Below are positions 1-9,864 of a stretch of 64,000 nucleotides of DNA, one piece after another. The position numbers were made by a program, and so were the translations under genes. How positions within the stretch are numbered: the first letter of the stretch is position 1; each line of letters begins with the position of its first letter. A model generated the notes under the pieces. That model saw nothing but the letters and a program-made list of their open reading frames with translations. It was not told the origin of the DNA and did no database searches. Source of the stretch: Candidatus Omnitrophota bacterium (GTDB taxonomy: Bacteria > Omnitrophota > Gorgyraeia > Zapsychrales > Zapsychraceae); the NCBI GenBank assembly GCA_020429915.1, contig JAGQKV010000018.1, forward strand, positions 69,770 to 133,769. Reading direction: 5' to 3'.

Positions 1-507
1 CCGCTCGCCGAAAAGACCGAGATAATGTGTGACCAGCCTGTCGGTGTCCACTCCGCCTGTCAGGCAGCCGTCCTCCGCCGCCTTGCTGACCGCCAGCACC
101 TTGTCGTACAAGTTATAAATATGCCGCGCCCAGGTCTTCCCTTTGTATTCCGGGATATTGTGGACCGAGCACAGCGTGCGCGCCACCCCCGCCCGCCGCG
201 CGAGCAACGGGATCCACATCTTGACAAAGCGTTCGGCAAAATGAGCATGCACTAAAACCGGCCGAACTTCACGCAGCACCTGACGCACGGTCGTATAAGC
301 GCCGAATACCGACAGCGGGACGGGCCTGACCAGGATCCGCGCGTCCAGTCGGCTTAAATCCTTCAAATAATCCGCGGACTGCGGCATCGATTCGTACTGC
401 AGGACTGTAAGATATCCCTTTTCACGGCAGTACTTGACCGACTCCCGGAAATATGCCTCCACGGCCCCGTATTTGGTCGAATGCATGCATGAAAATTGTA
501 ATATCAC
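1..507 (-). CDS. glycosyltransferase family 4, N-terminal portion (gene runs off left edge of window)
   Basis: Minus-strand open frame from ~507 (GTG) / 486 (ATG) to position 1 with no stop; absent from ORF track because it is incomplete. Translation ..KVILQFSCMHSTKYGAVEAYF..VRPVLVHAHFAERF..IPLLARRAGVARTLCSVHNI..YDKVLAVS.. resembles a GT4 N-terminal domain. Exact start uncertain. Confidence 0.45.
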   Translation of the reverse strand, partial: MILQFSCMHSTKYGAVEAYFRESVKYCREKGYLTVLQYESMPQSADYLKDLSRLDARILVRPVPLSVFGAYTTVRQVLREVRPVLVHAHFAERFVKMWIPLLARRAGVARTLCSVHNIPEYKGKTWARHIYNLYDKVLAVSKAAEDGCLTGGVDTDRLVTHYLGLFGER

Positions 508-547
508 CTTGTCCGTAGTCACGGCTTGAAAATTCCTTCTCAGTCGA

Positions 548-1699
548 TTATAACGACTTCAACAGCGTTACATAAATTTCCCGCAAAGCGGCCGCGTGGC
601 CGTCGATGCTGAACTTGTTCTTGGCGGAAAGGTAACCGCTGGCACCCAACTTGCGGCGCAGCTCTTCGTCCTTGAGTAGCCGGATGACCTTGTCCGCCAG
701 CGCGGACGGGTCCTCAGGCGGCACCAGAAATCCGCTCTTACCGTCCTCGATAGCCTCGACGTTTCCCGAGACGGCGGTAGCCACCATCGGCTTCTCCATA
801 TATTGCGATTCCACAATGACCCGGCCTAACCCTTCGGCAAGCGAGGCCAGGACACTGACGTCCATCAACTGCAGAAAGGCGTAAAAGTCTTTGCGAAACC
901 CCGTCAGCAGGACATCCTTTTCCAGTCCGTGTTCGGCAATGCTCCGGCGCAAATTCTCTTCGTACTCATCCCGATGGCTTTTGCCGATGATGAGAAACTT
1001 TGTTTTGGGCAGCGCCTGCTTGACCTCGCGCGCCATCTCGACAAAATACTCGCACCCCTTACGAGGGATCACTTCGGAAAGCTGGCCCACCACCTGATCA
1101 TCCTCGGCGATACCGAACTCGGCGCGCAGGACCGCGATCTGTTCGTCGGTGAACTTGTGCGTGTTTTCGGAAATCCCATCGTAGACGCAGTGGATATTCT
1201 CCGGCTTCAGGCCGGTCGCCAGCTCGGGGATGCCTTCCAAATGTTTTTTCGCGGCCAGTGAACAGGTAATCAGCAAATCGATCTTGGAAACAAAATTGGA
1301 ACTGATGTCATAGTCATTGTACACGGTCGTTGTCACCTGGCCGATGACCGGCACATCGCTCATTCGCGCCGCCGGCAGGCAGAATTGATTCGGATAAATA
1401 CCCGAACAATGCACCACATGAATACCGTCCGTCTGAATCAATTTCTTTACGGCAAACACCGTCTTCAAGTACGGGACCGGATTGAGCTTTTTCAAACGCG
1501 GCATGGGAATGTGCCGAACCGAAAAATCCTCCTTCTTCACCAAGGCACTGAAATCGCCCTCCTCGGGAAGCAAAAGGGCACACTCGGTCCCACCGATGCG
1601 GCGCAGACCGATCATCCGCTCCAACAGCGAGAATTCCTGCCCCGTCAGTTTGTTATTGGGATGGACAAACAGAACCTTAATGGGACTGGGGACCCTCAT
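548..1699 (-). CDS. glycosyltransferase family 4
   Basis: 383 aa; C-terminal GT4 signature ..ASLAEGLGRVIVESQYMEKPMVATAVSGNVEAIEDGKSGFLVPPEDP.. (EX7E-type motif); 4-nt overlap with upstream gene (operon). Confidence 0.8.
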   Translation of the reverse strand: MRVPSPIKVLFVHPNNKLTGQEFSLLERMIGLRRIGGTECALLLPEEGDFSALVKKEDFSVRHIPMPRLKKLNPVPYLKTVFAVKKLIQTDGIHVVHCSGIYPNQFCLPAARMSDVPVIGQVTTTVYNDYDISSNFVSKIDLLITCSLAAKKHLEGIPELATGLKPENIHCVYDGISENTHKFTDEQIAVLRAEFGIAEDDQVVGQLSEVIPRKGCEYFVEMAREVKQALPKTKFLIIGKSHRDEYEENLRRSIAEHGLEKDVLLTGFRKDFYAFLQLMDVSVLASLAEGLGRVIVESQYMEKPMVATAVSGNVEAIEDGKSGFLVPPEDPSALADKVIRLLKDEELRRKLGASGYLSAKNKFSIDGHAAALREIYVTLLKSL

Positions 1700-3168
1700 C
1701 CGGCGATGAGCTCCTTCCCTTGGTTACCTCCGAGCGACACCGGGGTCGCACGGAAAACCGACGCGACGCCGGTACGTTCGGGCAGTCGGCAGAACATGGC
1801 GACGGACACAATACCAGCAACGACTAGTGTCAGCGCAAGAAGAACACTCTGCAAATAGCGCTTACGGTATTCTGCATAGCTCATTTTGTTCTGTGTCGGA
1901 TCCGTTTCACCAACCACTTCACCGCTTTCCCCATTCGCATAAAAAGAATTTGCTGCCGCCAGCAAGGCCAGAACTATCCAGAAAGTACCCACCACATTGT
2001 CCCGAAAGAAATTCGCATAGAACATATTTACTACAACAAAACCTATCATCATCCCCACAGCACCAACACCTATATAATTGAAGTCCGTATTAATAAGTCG
2101 AAAGGCTTGCCATGTCACAGCAAATATTAACCATATAAACACCATGATTCCCAGGATACCCATTTCTGCCGCAATCAATACAAATCCATTATGCGGATCA
2201 TGTCCGAGTTGAAATTGCACCTGTCGAAATCCGATCCCGGTAAGAGGATGTGTAGTAAAAAAACTCAACCCCTGTCTCCATGCATGCATTCTCAACTGAG
2301 AACTTAAATCCAATACACTTTCACCGGTCTCATCCGTAAGTGATGCGTCTACAAACTCCATATCATCCTCATCAGCGACAATCGTCCCCTCAACCCGCGC
2401 AATAATCGATGGAGGAACCCAAGCCTTCCACATAACGCCACCGATTACCAGACCGATAAAAATAACTAAGAAGTTAATCTTTGAAGCTTTTGCCAACTGA
2501 CGTGACCCCACAAAAATCATTCCCAAACAGGCAAAAAGTAATGCCATCATTGAACCTCGGGAATATGTTGTCATTAGTCCCAAACCACACAATCCCACAC
2601 CGATAGCGCTTATGAATTTTAAAAGCGGTTTGCGAACAAAAAAGAAATAGGCAATCAATAAGGGCGTAAACGTGGCCAAAAATCCACCGGCGATGTCAGA
2701 TGCTCGCCAACCCCAGCCGAATGGACCACTTGAACGTTTATGCAGAGCGAAATTCGCGCCCGCCAACACACCGTTATAATACGTATTTTGACCGCAAAGC
2801 ATCAAGCAAAGTAAGACCCCAATTAAATAAATATAAAGCTCACGTTTGTCTGCAATACATCGGGAAATGATAAAATATACCCATGGCAATAAGAATAACC
2901 GTTTAAATTCACGGGCAATTTCCATGCGGGGCATCCCGTCTGTAAACATACATGCATAGATAAAAGACATGGTCCAAATTACAAGAAATATTATCAGCGG
3001 AGTCTCGAAGGCAGGCCGTTTGAAGCCGGGGTTGCGCGATGTAGCCATTACTCCTAACATGAACAGGGCAAGTATATTTATCGCTGGAAAATGTGGCCAG
3101 TTGGGAAGCTTTAATTGGAGTGGCAAATAAAAGATCAGGCTGAGAATCACTAAATATTTGAATTTCAT
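1696..3168 (-). CDS. O-antigen ligase / Wzy_C-family polysaccharide polymerase-like integral membrane protein
   Basis: 490 aa, ~10-12 hydrophobic segments; Wzy_C-like motifs TYSRGSMMALLFA and HPLTGIGF..HDPHNGFVLIAAEMGILG in a large periplasmic loop. Confidence 0.6.
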   Translation of the reverse strand: MKFKYLVILSLIFYLPLQLKLPNWPHFPAINILALFMLGVMATSRNPGFKRPAFETPLIIFLVIWTMSFIYACMFTDGMPRMEIAREFKRLFLLPWVYFIISRCIADKRELYIYLIGVLLCLMLCGQNTYYNGVLAGANFALHKRSSGPFGWGWRASDIAGGFLATFTPLLIAYFFFVRKPLLKFISAIGVGLCGLGLMTTYSRGSMMALLFACLGMIFVGSRQLAKASKINFLVIFIGLVIGGVMWKAWVPPSIIARVEGTIVADEDDMEFVDASLTDETGESVLDLSSQLRMHAWRQGLSFFTTHPLTGIGFRQVQFQLGHDPHNGFVLIAAEMGILGIMVFIWLIFAVTWQAFRLINTDFNYIGVGAVGMMIGFVVVNMFYANFFRDNVVGTFWIVLALLAAANSFYANGESGEVVGETDPTQNKMSYAEYRKRYLQSVLLALTLVVAGIVSVAMFCRLPERTGVASVFRATPVSLGGNQGKELIAG

Positions 3169-4280
3169 AATTTACCTTTTAGCAATGCCGTAAATAGTTT
3201 TTCTGTTTTCTTCGTACTATTCTGAATTGAAAATTCCCGCCCCACCACTTCGCGACCGCGCGCGCCCATGCTTTGGCCGCCGTCGGGCAGCCGCCGTAAA
3301 CGGAGTATAGCATCCTTCAGCGCCTCCGGCCGCCGCGGTGGTACGATAAAGGCGGTTTCACCGTCCACGGCCAGTTCGGCCGTTCCTCCGACATCGGTCG
3401 CGATGACCGGCCGGGCCGCGGCCATGGCTTCCAGCACACACAAAGGCAGCCCCTCGAATACGGACGGCAGGATCAGCGCGTCGACCAGTTGTAAAAGCGC
3501 AGGGATATCCGCGCGTTGCCCGGTGAATCGCAGCATCGGCATGATCCCGAGTTCATTGGCCATGGCTTCCAGGCGCGTCCTGTCTTCGCCTTCCCCCACA
3601 ATCAGAATCCTGAGTTCCGGCAGCGTGCCGGACAATTCTTTCATCGCCTGGAAGAGGTACGGATGCCCTTTCTGATGGTTCAGGCGTCCGACGCAGGCAA
3701 GAATGAAATCCTCGGCCCCGACCTCCAGTTCCTCATACAAATAACCGATGTCGCCCGGGTCCCGGTAACGCTCCACATCGATGGCGTTGGGGATGACCGT
3801 AATCTTTTCTTCCGGAAACCCCACGCAGTGATGATAATATTCCTTAACCGCCGCGGAAACCGCGATCAATTGATCGGTCCGGCCGGCCAGCCACCGGTCG
3901 ACGGCCCGGTGATGCCACTTCTTCCATACATCCACGTTCTGCGCGGTGGAGACAACGACCGGAATCCCGCACTGAAAAGCGGCAACCCGGCCCATCACGT
4001 CCGCGGCCCACAGGTGGGTGTTTACGATATGATATTCGCCTTCCTTAATTATATTCTTCAACCGGCGAAAGGCGTCCAGATCAAGCCCCCCCTTTTTTTC
4101 CAGGGCAATCACCTTAAGCCCCTTGGCCTCCAGCGGTGCCGCCCATTCCCCTTTCCAGTTCAGGCAGCATAAAGTCGGATCAAACTTGCTGCGATCGAGA
4201 TGTTCCAACAGTCCCGCCAGAAAACGCTCAGCCCCGCCGCGTTCGAGGCTCCAAATAACGAACAGGCATTTAATCCGCAC
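3165..4280 (-). CDS. glycosyltransferase family 4
   Basis: ORF track gives 3165..4382 but the first 34 codons overlap the upstream gene and look non-protein-like; GTG at 4280..4278 gives N-terminus M/V-RIKCLFVIWSLERGGAERFL typical of GT4. C-terminal ..FEGLPLCVLEAMAAARPVIATDVGGTAELAVDGETAFIVPP.. Confidence 0.75.
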   Translation of the reverse strand: MRIKCLFVIWSLERGGAERFLAGLLEHLDRSKFDPTLCCLNWKGEWAAPLEAKGLKVIALEKKGGLDLDAFRRLKNIIKEGEYHIVNTHLWAADVMGRVAAFQCGIPVVVSTAQNVDVWKKWHHRAVDRWLAGRTDQLIAVSAAVKEYYHHCVGFPEEKITVIPNAIDVERYRDPGDIGYLYEELEVGAEDFILACVGRLNHQKGHPYLFQAMKELSGTLPELRILIVGEGEDRTRLEAMANELGIMPMLRFTGQRADIPALLQLVDALILPSVFEGLPLCVLEAMAAARPVIATDVGGTAELAVDGETAFIVPPRRPEALKDAILRLRRLPDGGQSMGARGREVVGREFSIQNSTKKTEKLFTALLKGKL

Positions 4281-6414
4281 CTTTACTCCCCACGGACTCC
4301 GTGATTTCTTGACGCACCTGCAAATGCTGGCGGAATATCTTGGAGGAGTCCGACCAATCCCGCCCCACCAGGCCGGCGTCATCGGTGAACACGGAATTCC
4401 GGTCGTAACCGGTCAGTTTCTGCCACTGTTCGAAATTCTTGATCCCCTTATCGCTTCTGAAGGAATCGTGCCCCGGGAAAGAATAGATGTTGCGGTCGAC
4501 GTCCAGGACATCGAAATCGGTCCCGCGGATGTACACCAGATGATGTCGTCCGTCGGTATTATCCGCGCCGATCACCCGGTTGCGCCGGATCACCGTGCCG
4601 AAATCCACCCCCTTACGGGCCCGCAGTTGCATGCCGGCACTGTCCGAATAAAGCAACCAATCTCGATCCTGGGCCGTCATAAGGACAATGACGTTATCTT
4701 CAATAATATCGTCCGCGAATCCGGCGGTAGGAACTTCAAAATACCCGTTTATCCCATTCCAACAACCAATAACATTGTTATGATGTATATGATAGCCGCT
4801 TGGCATCGAATCAATCCCACCTTTTTCATAGGCAATTGTTATTCCATTGGGGTGCATTTTTACATAGTTACGTTGATATCCATTGTAGAAATCATCCAAA
4901 TAAAATCGGTCCAAAGCATCCGTAGGTCGGTATCCGGAAAATATAACATCATTGCCGGATATCTCATACCGCTCATTGTATCCGGCAATAGGACCAACGT
5001 ATACGTTCATGCTGTAATTGTCGGCCGTTATGTTGTCCTTGAAAACGGCAACATTGTGCATCCCCTCACCACCGCTATTCAGAATAATATTACCGATCAT
5101 TTCCGAATCTGCCGTCACAGCGTCACCGACGGCATCCGGCCACCCACCGGACCCACCCCAAGTCCTCCCGCGAGGCCAATTCAACATGACGGTTGCATAA
5201 AAGAAATTCTTTATCCATTTTACGGACTCTAGACCTTTTCCAAATTGGGTTGCCGCATGCTTTCCTGTAAATAGAAAACGACATTTCTCGAAAACAACAT
5301 TCTGTCCTTCGCCGACCGTCATCACTCCGATCGATGGAGCGCCGACAAAAGTTAAACCATAAAAATAGAAATTCTGACCTTGCAAATAAATGGGAATCTG
5401 GGCATTATCCCTGTCATCTCCATTGGCAATTAAATTTCTTTGACGAGGTTCCGCCTTTACCGATTTGATATAAAAAGTATTTCCGACATTGGCAAACCGC
5501 CCATCTAAATCCAACTGATAAACCGCATATTGGTCACCCGGATTAAAGACATTTTTTTGTCCTCCGGTTAACGGCGTCAAATTCAGCGTGTCGTTCTTTT
5601 TGTGCGAAGTGGCAACCGAGGTTACCTTGGCCCAGGATCCGTCGGTAATATTCCATACGGTGGCCCCGATAAAATCCGTCGGCCCTTTTCCGTGTTCCTT
5701 TTTATACTCCGTGAAATCTTTGGTTGAATCGACGAGCTGCGCCGTCCGGCCGCCCTTTTTGCCGTTATCGGTACCGTTATATCCTATGGCCTCACGACAG
5801 CAGCGATGGTTCCAGTCCATCACGGCCCAGTCGACATTGCTGGTCGGATGGGCAAACCAATTCTCATTGACCTTGGCCATCCATACGTCGCCGTCAAAAA
5901 CGGTGAATTCATCCAGGCCCCTGGTATCGCTGAGATCGAGGACCACTTCCCCATCGCCGTACGGAGCGAAAGTCGTCACATGATCTTCATCCACCGTTCC
6001 GGTCAGATTTCCCAGACCGAATCCCTCCCGGTAGTAGCCGCCGCGAATGAGCACACGCTCCCCGTGTTTGTGATTGTCGTATCGACCGGTCGCCTTGGAG
6101 ATGGTTTTGTAGGGGCCGTTGTCGCCGTGCGTGTGGCGGGGAAAAAGTCCGTTCCACTCATCGTTGCCGTTGGTACCGTCAATAAAATATGTCCGCTGAT
6201 CATTTGTATTCGGCGGCAGGGACAATCCATCTATCTCCGATGGATTGTAGTGGCGCTCGTCCATGTAGGACTTGATCTGCTCAGGAATCTCGATCTTGAT
6301 TAATTCTCCGTGGGCTGCCGGCACGGCCACAGCCAGCAGAACGACAAGAACGGGCAACGTGCAGCGCGCGGCGCACGGGAATAAATCGCGACGGAGTATA
6401 GATAGCAACATCAT
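4270..6414 (-). CDS. secreted right-handed parallel beta-helix repeat protein (pectate-lyase-fold; probable polysaccharide lyase/hydrolase/epimerase acting on the EPS)
   Basis: 714 aa; N-terminal signal peptide MMLLSILRRDLFPCAARCTLPVLVVLLAVAVPAAHG; repeated N-x-x-I/V-x-N-x beta-helix coils (NVVFEKCRFLF, IGNIILNSGGEGMHNVAVFKDNITADN, IHHNNVIGCWNGINGYF); embedded between glycosyltransferases. Confidence 0.5.
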   Translation of the reverse strand: MMLLSILRRDLFPCAARCTLPVLVVLLAVAVPAAHGELIKIEIPEQIKSYMDERHYNPSEIDGLSLPPNTNDQRTYFIDGTNGNDEWNGLFPRHTHGDNGPYKTISKATGRYDNHKHGERVLIRGGYYREGFGLGNLTGTVDEDHVTTFAPYGDGEVVLDLSDTRGLDEFTVFDGDVWMAKVNENWFAHPTSNVDWAVMDWNHRCCREAIGYNGTDNGKKGGRTAQLVDSTKDFTEYKKEHGKGPTDFIGATVWNITDGSWAKVTSVATSHKKNDTLNLTPLTGGQKNVFNPGDQYAVYQLDLDGRFANVGNTFYIKSVKAEPRQRNLIANGDDRDNAQIPIYLQGQNFYFYGLTFVGAPSIGVMTVGEGQNVVFEKCRFLFTGKHAATQFGKGLESVKWIKNFFYATVMLNWPRGRTWGGSGGWPDAVGDAVTADSEMIGNIILNSGGEGMHNVAVFKDNITADNYSMNVYVGPIAGYNERYEISGNDVIFSGYRPTDALDRFYLDDFYNGYQRNYVKMHPNGITIAYEKGGIDSMPSGYHIHHNNVIGCWNGINGYFEVPTAGFADDIIEDNVIVLMTAQDRDWLLYSDSAGMQLRARKGVDFGTVIRRNRVIGADNTDGRHHLVYIRGTDFDVLDVDRNIYSFPGHDSFRSDKGIKNFEQWQKLTGYDRNSVFTDDAGLVGRDWSDSSKIFRQHLQVRQEITESVGSKGAD

Positions 6415-6421
6415 GCCTGCC

Positions 6422-7627
6422 CTAAAAAAGTTTGGCCAGTTGTCTGGCGTTCTTGGCGATATCGAATTCTCTTTCTATCCGCTCCCGTCCCCGCGTCGCC
6501 AACCGCGCGCGCAGGTCTTTATCGGAAAGCAGATGCCGGATCTTGTCGGCCAGCACATCCACATCGCCGGGTTCGGCCAGCAATCCGGTCTGCCCGTCGA
6601 TCACGAGCTCAGGTATTCCCGAAATGCGTGAAGCCACCGCCGGCGTGCCTACCGCCAGGGCCTCCATCAGCACCAACGGGATACCGTCCTGGCCGTCGGC
6701 GTCGTCCCACACCGAAGGCACGGCGAAGATGTGCGCCTCCTTGATCCGTTTGCGGACCTCCGCGCTGTCGAGGACCCCTTCCAGGACGACGCGCCCCTCC
6801 AATCCGTATTCCGCGATCAGTTGCTCAAACCGGGGCCGCAGATCGCCGTCGCCTACGATATGACAGCGAAAGTCGTGCTCATTCTTGATCAGGTTCAAAG
6901 CATGGATAAGATTCTCAAACCCCTTCATCTGGGTCAACCGGCCTACGCACACGATAGACGGCGGATGATGCCCGTTGGGATGCGGATGGTAATCCCACTC
7001 GGACAGGTCCAGTCCGCAGTGGACGATATGGATTTTGGGAAGGATGTCTTCACCGCAATGTTCGGCCAGATAGCGCCGGTTGTATTGCGAAATCGTGGCA
7101 ACGGCCTTGGCCGCCTCAATCTTCTCGCGCAACAGGGTCTTGTCGAGAAAGATGTCGTGGGCGTGGGTGGTCAGCGTGTATTCGATCCCGGTGAGCTTGG
7201 ATATCACGGTGGCTACCAGGGCCGGATAAGTGGCGAAATGTGCATGGAGGTGCTTCAAATCCTCCTCCCGTGCCAGTTCGGCAAAGTAAGCGGCGACCAG
7301 CACACACCAGATATTCTTGTGAAATATACGAACATTGCCGAGACTGGCCGACATGACCTTGAGAGTCCACGGCACAAGCACCCCCGGTTTACGCAGCAGC
7401 CACCGGAAATAGGACAACACCATCCCACCTACCTTTATATAGTGCGTACGGGACAGGTAGGGTTTTGCCTTTTCCTGAGTGTATTTCTCCAAGTCATTAC
7501 GGATGGAGAAAATGGTGATGTCGTAGCCGGCCTTGCTCAGCTCGATGATTTCATTGAGAATAAAGGTTTCCGACCAGCAGGGAAACAGCGATACCACATA
7601 TCCGATTTTTTTCTTTTTTGCCTTCAT
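6422..7627 (-). CDS. glycosyltransferase family 4
   Basis: 401 aa; ..FAVPSVWDDADGQDGIPLVLMEALAVGTPAVASRISGIPELVIDGQTGLLAEPGDVDVLADKI.. Confidence 0.8.
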   Translation of the reverse strand: MKAKKKKIGYVVSLFPCWSETFILNEIIELSKAGYDITIFSIRNDLEKYTQEKAKPYLSRTHYIKVGGMVLSYFRWLLRKPGVLVPWTLKVMSASLGNVRIFHKNIWCVLVAAYFAELAREEDLKHLHAHFATYPALVATVISKLTGIEYTLTTHAHDIFLDKTLLREKIEAAKAVATISQYNRRYLAEHCGEDILPKIHIVHCGLDLSEWDYHPHPNGHHPPSIVCVGRLTQMKGFENLIHALNLIKNEHDFRCHIVGDGDLRPRFEQLIAEYGLEGRVVLEGVLDSAEVRKRIKEAHIFAVPSVWDDADGQDGIPLVLMEALAVGTPAVASRISGIPELVIDGQTGLLAEPGDVDVLADKIRHLLSDKDLRARLATRGRERIEREFDIAKNARQLAKLF

Positions 7628-8718
7628 TATCCGTTCAGGAGTTCATTGTAAAACGTTTTGTAGCGTTCGACCATATGTTTCAGTGTAAAATGCGCCTCGA
7701 TCTTGGCCCGGGCCCGCTCTCCCATCGCCCGCAAATCCGGACGGCGGGCGGCGTAGGCCAAGATCTGTCCGGACATCTGCGCCGTATTCCGGGGCTCGAC
7801 CAACATCCCGTTGACACCGTCATCTATGATCTCGAGATTTCCCTCCAGGGCATTGGCCAGGACGGGCACGCCCATCGCCATCGCCTCCAGCACGGCATTG
7901 GAAAACCCTTCTGTATGCGACGGCATGACAAATATGTCGAACTTGCGGACTTCGGAAGGCACGTCCGAGGATCGACCGCGAAAATCAACGACCGGCCGTA
8001 TTCCCTCCTGGTCCGCGAAGCGCTCCAGCTCCGGCCGCAAGTGCCCGTCACCCACGATAACAAAACGGATCTCCCTGTTCTTGCGGTAGACTTCGCGCGC
8101 CACCTGCAGAAAATCCATATGCCCCTTCTCCACGCGGTCCGCGGAAGCCACCATGCCCACCGTCAAAGCGCCTCCACGGGAAGCATCCCGCTGCGGCGCG
8201 GTCGGGACTTCCACCCCGCTGTACAACACCACGGCCTTGGCCGGGTCAAGGCCTTCGTTGGCCACGGTCTGCTGTTTGACGGCCTCGGACACGCACACCA
8301 CGCGGTGACAAAATTTGTTGGACCAGCGTTCCATGGCCGCGATGCGACGCGATCGGAAACGGCCCATATCACGTCGCGATGTCACGATGATCGGAACCTT
8401 TGACTGTCGTGCCGTATAGCCCCCGAAGACATTTGAAGTATTCAGATAGGTATGCACGATGTCGGGTTTGATGGCCCGCACCGCATGACGGACTTTTTGA
8501 TAACTGAGCCAGAAGCCGGGCTTCCAAATGCACATCATCGGGAAAACAGCCACACGGCGGGCACCGATAATCTGCATCAGACGCGGATGAGTGTCGCCCA
8601 GGGCTAAGACACGCAAATCAAAATCCTGGTCTCCCAGTCCGTGAACCAGCCGCGCCAGTTGCATTTGCGCGCCGCCGATCAACAGATTGTCCACCAGATA
8701 CAATATTTTCGGCCTCAT
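7627..8718 (-). CDS. glycosyltransferase family 4
   Basis: 363 aa; N-term MRPKILYLVDNLLIGGAQ; C-term ..PSHTEGFSNAVLEAMAMGVPVLANALEGNLEIIDDGVNGMLVEP.. Confidence 0.8.
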   Translation of the reverse strand: MRPKILYLVDNLLIGGAQMQLARLVHGLGDQDFDLRVLALGDTHPRLMQIIGARRVAVFPMMCIWKPGFWLSYQKVRHAVRAIKPDIVHTYLNTSNVFGGYTARQSKVPIIVTSRRDMGRFRSRRIAAMERWSNKFCHRVVCVSEAVKQQTVANEGLDPAKAVVLYSGVEVPTAPQRDASRGGALTVGMVASADRVEKGHMDFLQVAREVYRKNREIRFVIVGDGHLRPELERFADQEGIRPVVDFRGRSSDVPSEVRKFDIFVMPSHTEGFSNAVLEAMAMGVPVLANALEGNLEIIDDGVNGMLVEPRNTAQMSGQILAYAARRPDLRAMGERARAKIEAHFTLKHMVERYKTFYNELLNG

Positions 8719-9863
8719 GCGGTGAGCTCCGCCGTGTACATATCTTGCATGGTCTTGACCACCTGGCGTACGTCAAAACGCTCTGCGGCCCGCTGCCGTC
8801 CGCGCTCCCCCATTTGCCGGGCGAGTTCCGGATCATCCAGCAATCGCCGGATAGCAGCGGCGAGGGCGTCCACATCTCCCGGTGGGACAATATAGCCGGT
8901 CCGATCGTGATCGATGATCTCCGGCGGCCCGGGAATATCCGTCGCCACGGCCGGTTTGCCGAGGACCATAGCCTCGATGATCGAATTCGGCAACCCTTCG
9001 GGAAAAGTGGTGCTGGCCAGCACCAGTACGTCCAATCCGTGCATGATCTGTTTAACGTCGGTGCGCCACCCCGTAAGAATCACCTTGGATTGCAGATGTT
9101 CGCGGCGCACATAATTCTTCAGTTCTTCATAGTAGGCCGTATCGGAACCCTTGGCATCACCGACGATGAAGAAACAGGCGTCCCTGTGCCTTTTGCAGAC
9201 ATGTTTCGCCGCCTGCGCAAACTCCAATTGCCCCTTCCCTTCGACGATACGCCCGACCAGGCCGACCACCTTCATGCCTTCCAGGTTAAACTCTCCCCGA
9301 AAAGACTTGCTGGACAGCCCTTCAAATTCAGACAGATCAACACCGTCCGGGACCACATGCAGTTTAGCGGCGGGGATGTCCTTGCCGTAAATCTCCACGG
9401 CCGCCTGATTCAGGATAAAAAATTGATCGACCTTCGGCACCATCATTCGTTCGCGGCGGATAAGGGCACGGGATTCCCTGATGTAGCAGAAAACTTTCTT
9501 CCCCAGTTTGTTGGCGGCAAGGATCATGGGCATCCCCAAGGAAATATTGGTATTGATGTGGACCAGATCCACGGACTTTTCCTTTAGGAGCGCGGTCAAT
9601 CGCCGCACCAGCGGATTCAACGCCGTGAATCCCAACCGGATCAGTTTGAGCCCCCCGGCACAATTGAACGCGTCCATCCCTGCGTAAGGGATTTTTATGA
9701 CCTCCACCCCCAGCGACCGGATGCGTTCAAACTGATCGCCGTCTTTGTGGACGACCACGATTGGCCGGAACCGTTCCTTATCCAGCTGCCTGAGAATGTG
9801 GTACAGGTTCGAACTGGAACCGCCGAAACCCGAACTCGGTTCATAGTAACAAATCGTTTTCAT
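8715..9863 (-). CDS. glycosyltransferase family 4
   Basis: 382 aa; ..ASTTFPEGLPNSIIEAMVLGKPAVATDIPGPPEIIDHDRTGYIVPPGDVDALAAAIRRLL.. Confidence 0.8.
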   Translation of the reverse strand: MKTICYYEPSSGFGGSSSNLYHILRQLDKERFRPIVVVHKDGDQFERIRSLGVEVIKIPYAGMDAFNCAGGLKLIRLGFTALNPLVRRLTALLKEKSVDLVHINTNISLGMPMILAANKLGKKVFCYIRESRALIRRERMMVPKVDQFFILNQAAVEIYGKDIPAAKLHVVPDGVDLSEFEGLSSKSFRGEFNLEGMKVVGLVGRIVEGKGQLEFAQAAKHVCKRHRDACFFIVGDAKGSDTAYYEELKNYVRREHLQSKVILTGWRTDVKQIMHGLDVLVLASTTFPEGLPNSIIEAMVLGKPAVATDIPGPPEIIDHDRTGYIVPPGDVDALAAAIRRLLDDPELARQMGERGRQRAAERFDVRQVVKTMQDMYTAELTA

Positions 9864-9864
9864 G

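Noticed and set aside
25-255. ORFs 25..255(+) and 60..248(-) at the left edge
   Set aside because: Both are out-of-frame overlaps of the partial GT4 gene reading 507..1 on the minus strand. Their translations are Arg/Cys-rich junk.
640-654. Second perfect sigma-54 consensus TGGCAC-ccaac-TTGC on the plus strand
   Set aside because: It lies inside the coding region of the GT4 gene (548..1699) and points antisense into a block of minus-strand genes, with no plus-strand gene downstream. It is most likely a chance match in GC-rich coding DNA, although an antisense promoter cannot be excluded.
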